Origin: a virus
Lineage: Duplodnaviria; Caudoviricetes
Strand: one strand, 5' to 3'
IMG/VR virus record: IMGVR_UViG_3300032253_000246
Coordinates: 1-35,982 of that record
Length of the DNA stretch: 35,982 bases
The notes below the pieces were generated by a model that saw only the letters and a list, made by a program, of their open reading frames with translations, made no database searches and was not told the DNA's origin. Position numbers and translations under genes: made by a program. Below, one piece after another: positions 34,789-35,982 of the stretch; the first letter of the stretch is position 1, and each line of letters begins with the position of its first letter.

Positions 34789-35982
34789 TCAGCGCGGCGC
34801 GCTTGTTAATATGAAAGATTTCAAATCAATCATGTCATAACGAATTCGGTTGCCGACCTTGACGAATTTGGGGCCAATTTTTCTCCAGCGCCAATTTTCC
34901 ATGAGGCGAGGGGCCACATTCAGATACTTGGCGGCTTGATCAGACGTTAGAAATGTTGGGGCCACCACCTTGGTGCCGGGGATGGCATTACCCGACTGCC
35001 GTTTTTGCCTTTTGGTTGTTTTGGGCTTGGTGTCCAAACTCATAAGATCGCCGAGGACATCTGTGACAGTGCTGGCAGCTTCCGTCATTGGGCCAGCCAT
35101 TAAATGGGCGTAGCGGGCTGTAGTCTGCACCTGAGAGTGGCCCAGCAACCGACCGATCATGGCGAGGCTCATGCCCTTGCTGACAGCGAAAGAGGCAAAG
35201 CTGTGGCGTAAATCATGGGTACGGACATCTTCAATGCCAGCCATCTTTCTAAAACGCCGCCATGGTTTCTGGACATTATCAAGATGGCAGCCTTCTTTCA
35301 GGCCCCAGATGACATAAGGGTTGTCTGATGGCCGAGCGGGATGAGTGTGGATTTCATCAAGCAGGTTCATGACCGTGTTTCCCACGTAGACGTATTTTGC
35401 CCCGGTTTTGGAATCAGGTAATTTCAGCACCTGCATTTTTCGGTCGACGTAATCCCATTTCAATGAACGGATTTCGCCAAGGCGGCAACCTGTGAGCAGC
35501 AGCAGTTGGATGCAATAGACAGCAGCCAGGTTTTCGTCTGGGTAAAGCTTGGTTTCATCTAGGACGGCACTAAGGCGCTTTACCTCTTCCTCACTGAGAT
35601 AGCGCTCTCTGGCCTTCGACGGATATTTTTTGATATGCCTTCGTGGGTTGGTATTGTCGTCACGCAGGCCCCACATTTCCGCAAGGTTGAACATCTTGGA
35701 TATAATCTCAAGGCCATGATTCGCCTCATATGGAGTCCGCCGTAATGTATGATGAAATTCAGCAACGTCGGACCGTTGTACGTTTTTGATTTTCATGTCT
35801 CCGAAAAATGGAATTAGATGTTTATCCAGGTAACGCCTGTAGCCCTTGGCGGTGGAGGGTTTGCAATGGGGGATGACGTGTTCTTCCATATATCGTTCGG
35901 CCAAGTCCTTGACGAAAAGCTCGCGACGTTTGGCTAATTTTTCCTTTTGCGGGTCTGCACCAGCTTTGATTTCGCCAAGCAT
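34789..35982 (-). CDS. Tyrosine recombinase/integrase with C-terminal HTH; N-terminus probably beyond the window
   Basis: TGCRLGEI, DSKTG, HDLRHSFAS and LLGHSQVQTTARYAH catalytic motifs; tail FLTSDQAAKYL...GPKFVKVGNRIRY. Confidence 0.93.
   Translation of the reverse strand: MLGEIKAGADPQKEKLAKRRELFVKDLAERYMEEHVIPHCKPSTAKGYRRYLDKHLIPFFGDMKIKNVQRSDVAEFHHTLRRTPYEANHGLEIISKMFNLAEMWGLRDDNTNPRRHIKKYPSKARERYLSEEEVKRLSAVLDETKLYPDENLAAVYCIQLLLLTGCRLGEIRSLKWDYVDRKMQVLKLPDSKTGAKYVYVGNTVMNLLDEIHTHPARPSDNPYVIWGLKEGCHLDNVQKPWRRFRKMAGIEDVRTHDLRHSFASFAVSKGMSLAMIGRLLGHSQVQTTARYAHLMAGPMTEAASTVTDVLGDLMSLDTKPKTTKRQKRQSGNAIPGTKVVAPTFLTSDQAAKYLNVAPRLMENWRWRKIGPKFVKVGNRIRYDMIDLKSFILTSAPR

Noticed and set aside
1-35982. 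CRISPR arrays, tRNA/rRNA genes, att sites and strong intrinsic terminators
   Set aside because: None recognised by eye. Short att repeats or weak terminators could have been missed.

Overview
Positions 264-23286 are the late (morphogenesis and lysis) region of a lambda-like siphovirus prophage, probably from an alphaproteobacterium (inferred from the gene set). The order is terminase, gpW, portal, S49 protease/scaffold, decoration, major capsid, head-tail and tail genes, a -1 frameshifted tail chaperone, tape measure, tail tip and lysis genes. The left edge holds the end of an IS3-family element. To the right is a minus-strand defence operon: HTH, hsdM, hsdS, ABC-type ATPase, HNH, hsdR and an HrgA/COG2958-like nuclease. 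After it come an HNH-domain protein, a hypothetical protein and a tyrosine integrase with a C-terminal HTH. The standout feature is a four-gene cassette inside the tail-tip module (14355-18865). It encodes a tail-fibre-like protein ending in a (N/D/A)-C repeat with 11 Cys in 29 residues, an unknown protein, and two radical SAM/SPASM enzymes, all tightly coupled to the virion genes. This suggests RiPP-like post-translational modification of a phage fibre. All family assignments come from motif recognition and synteny; no database searches were run.
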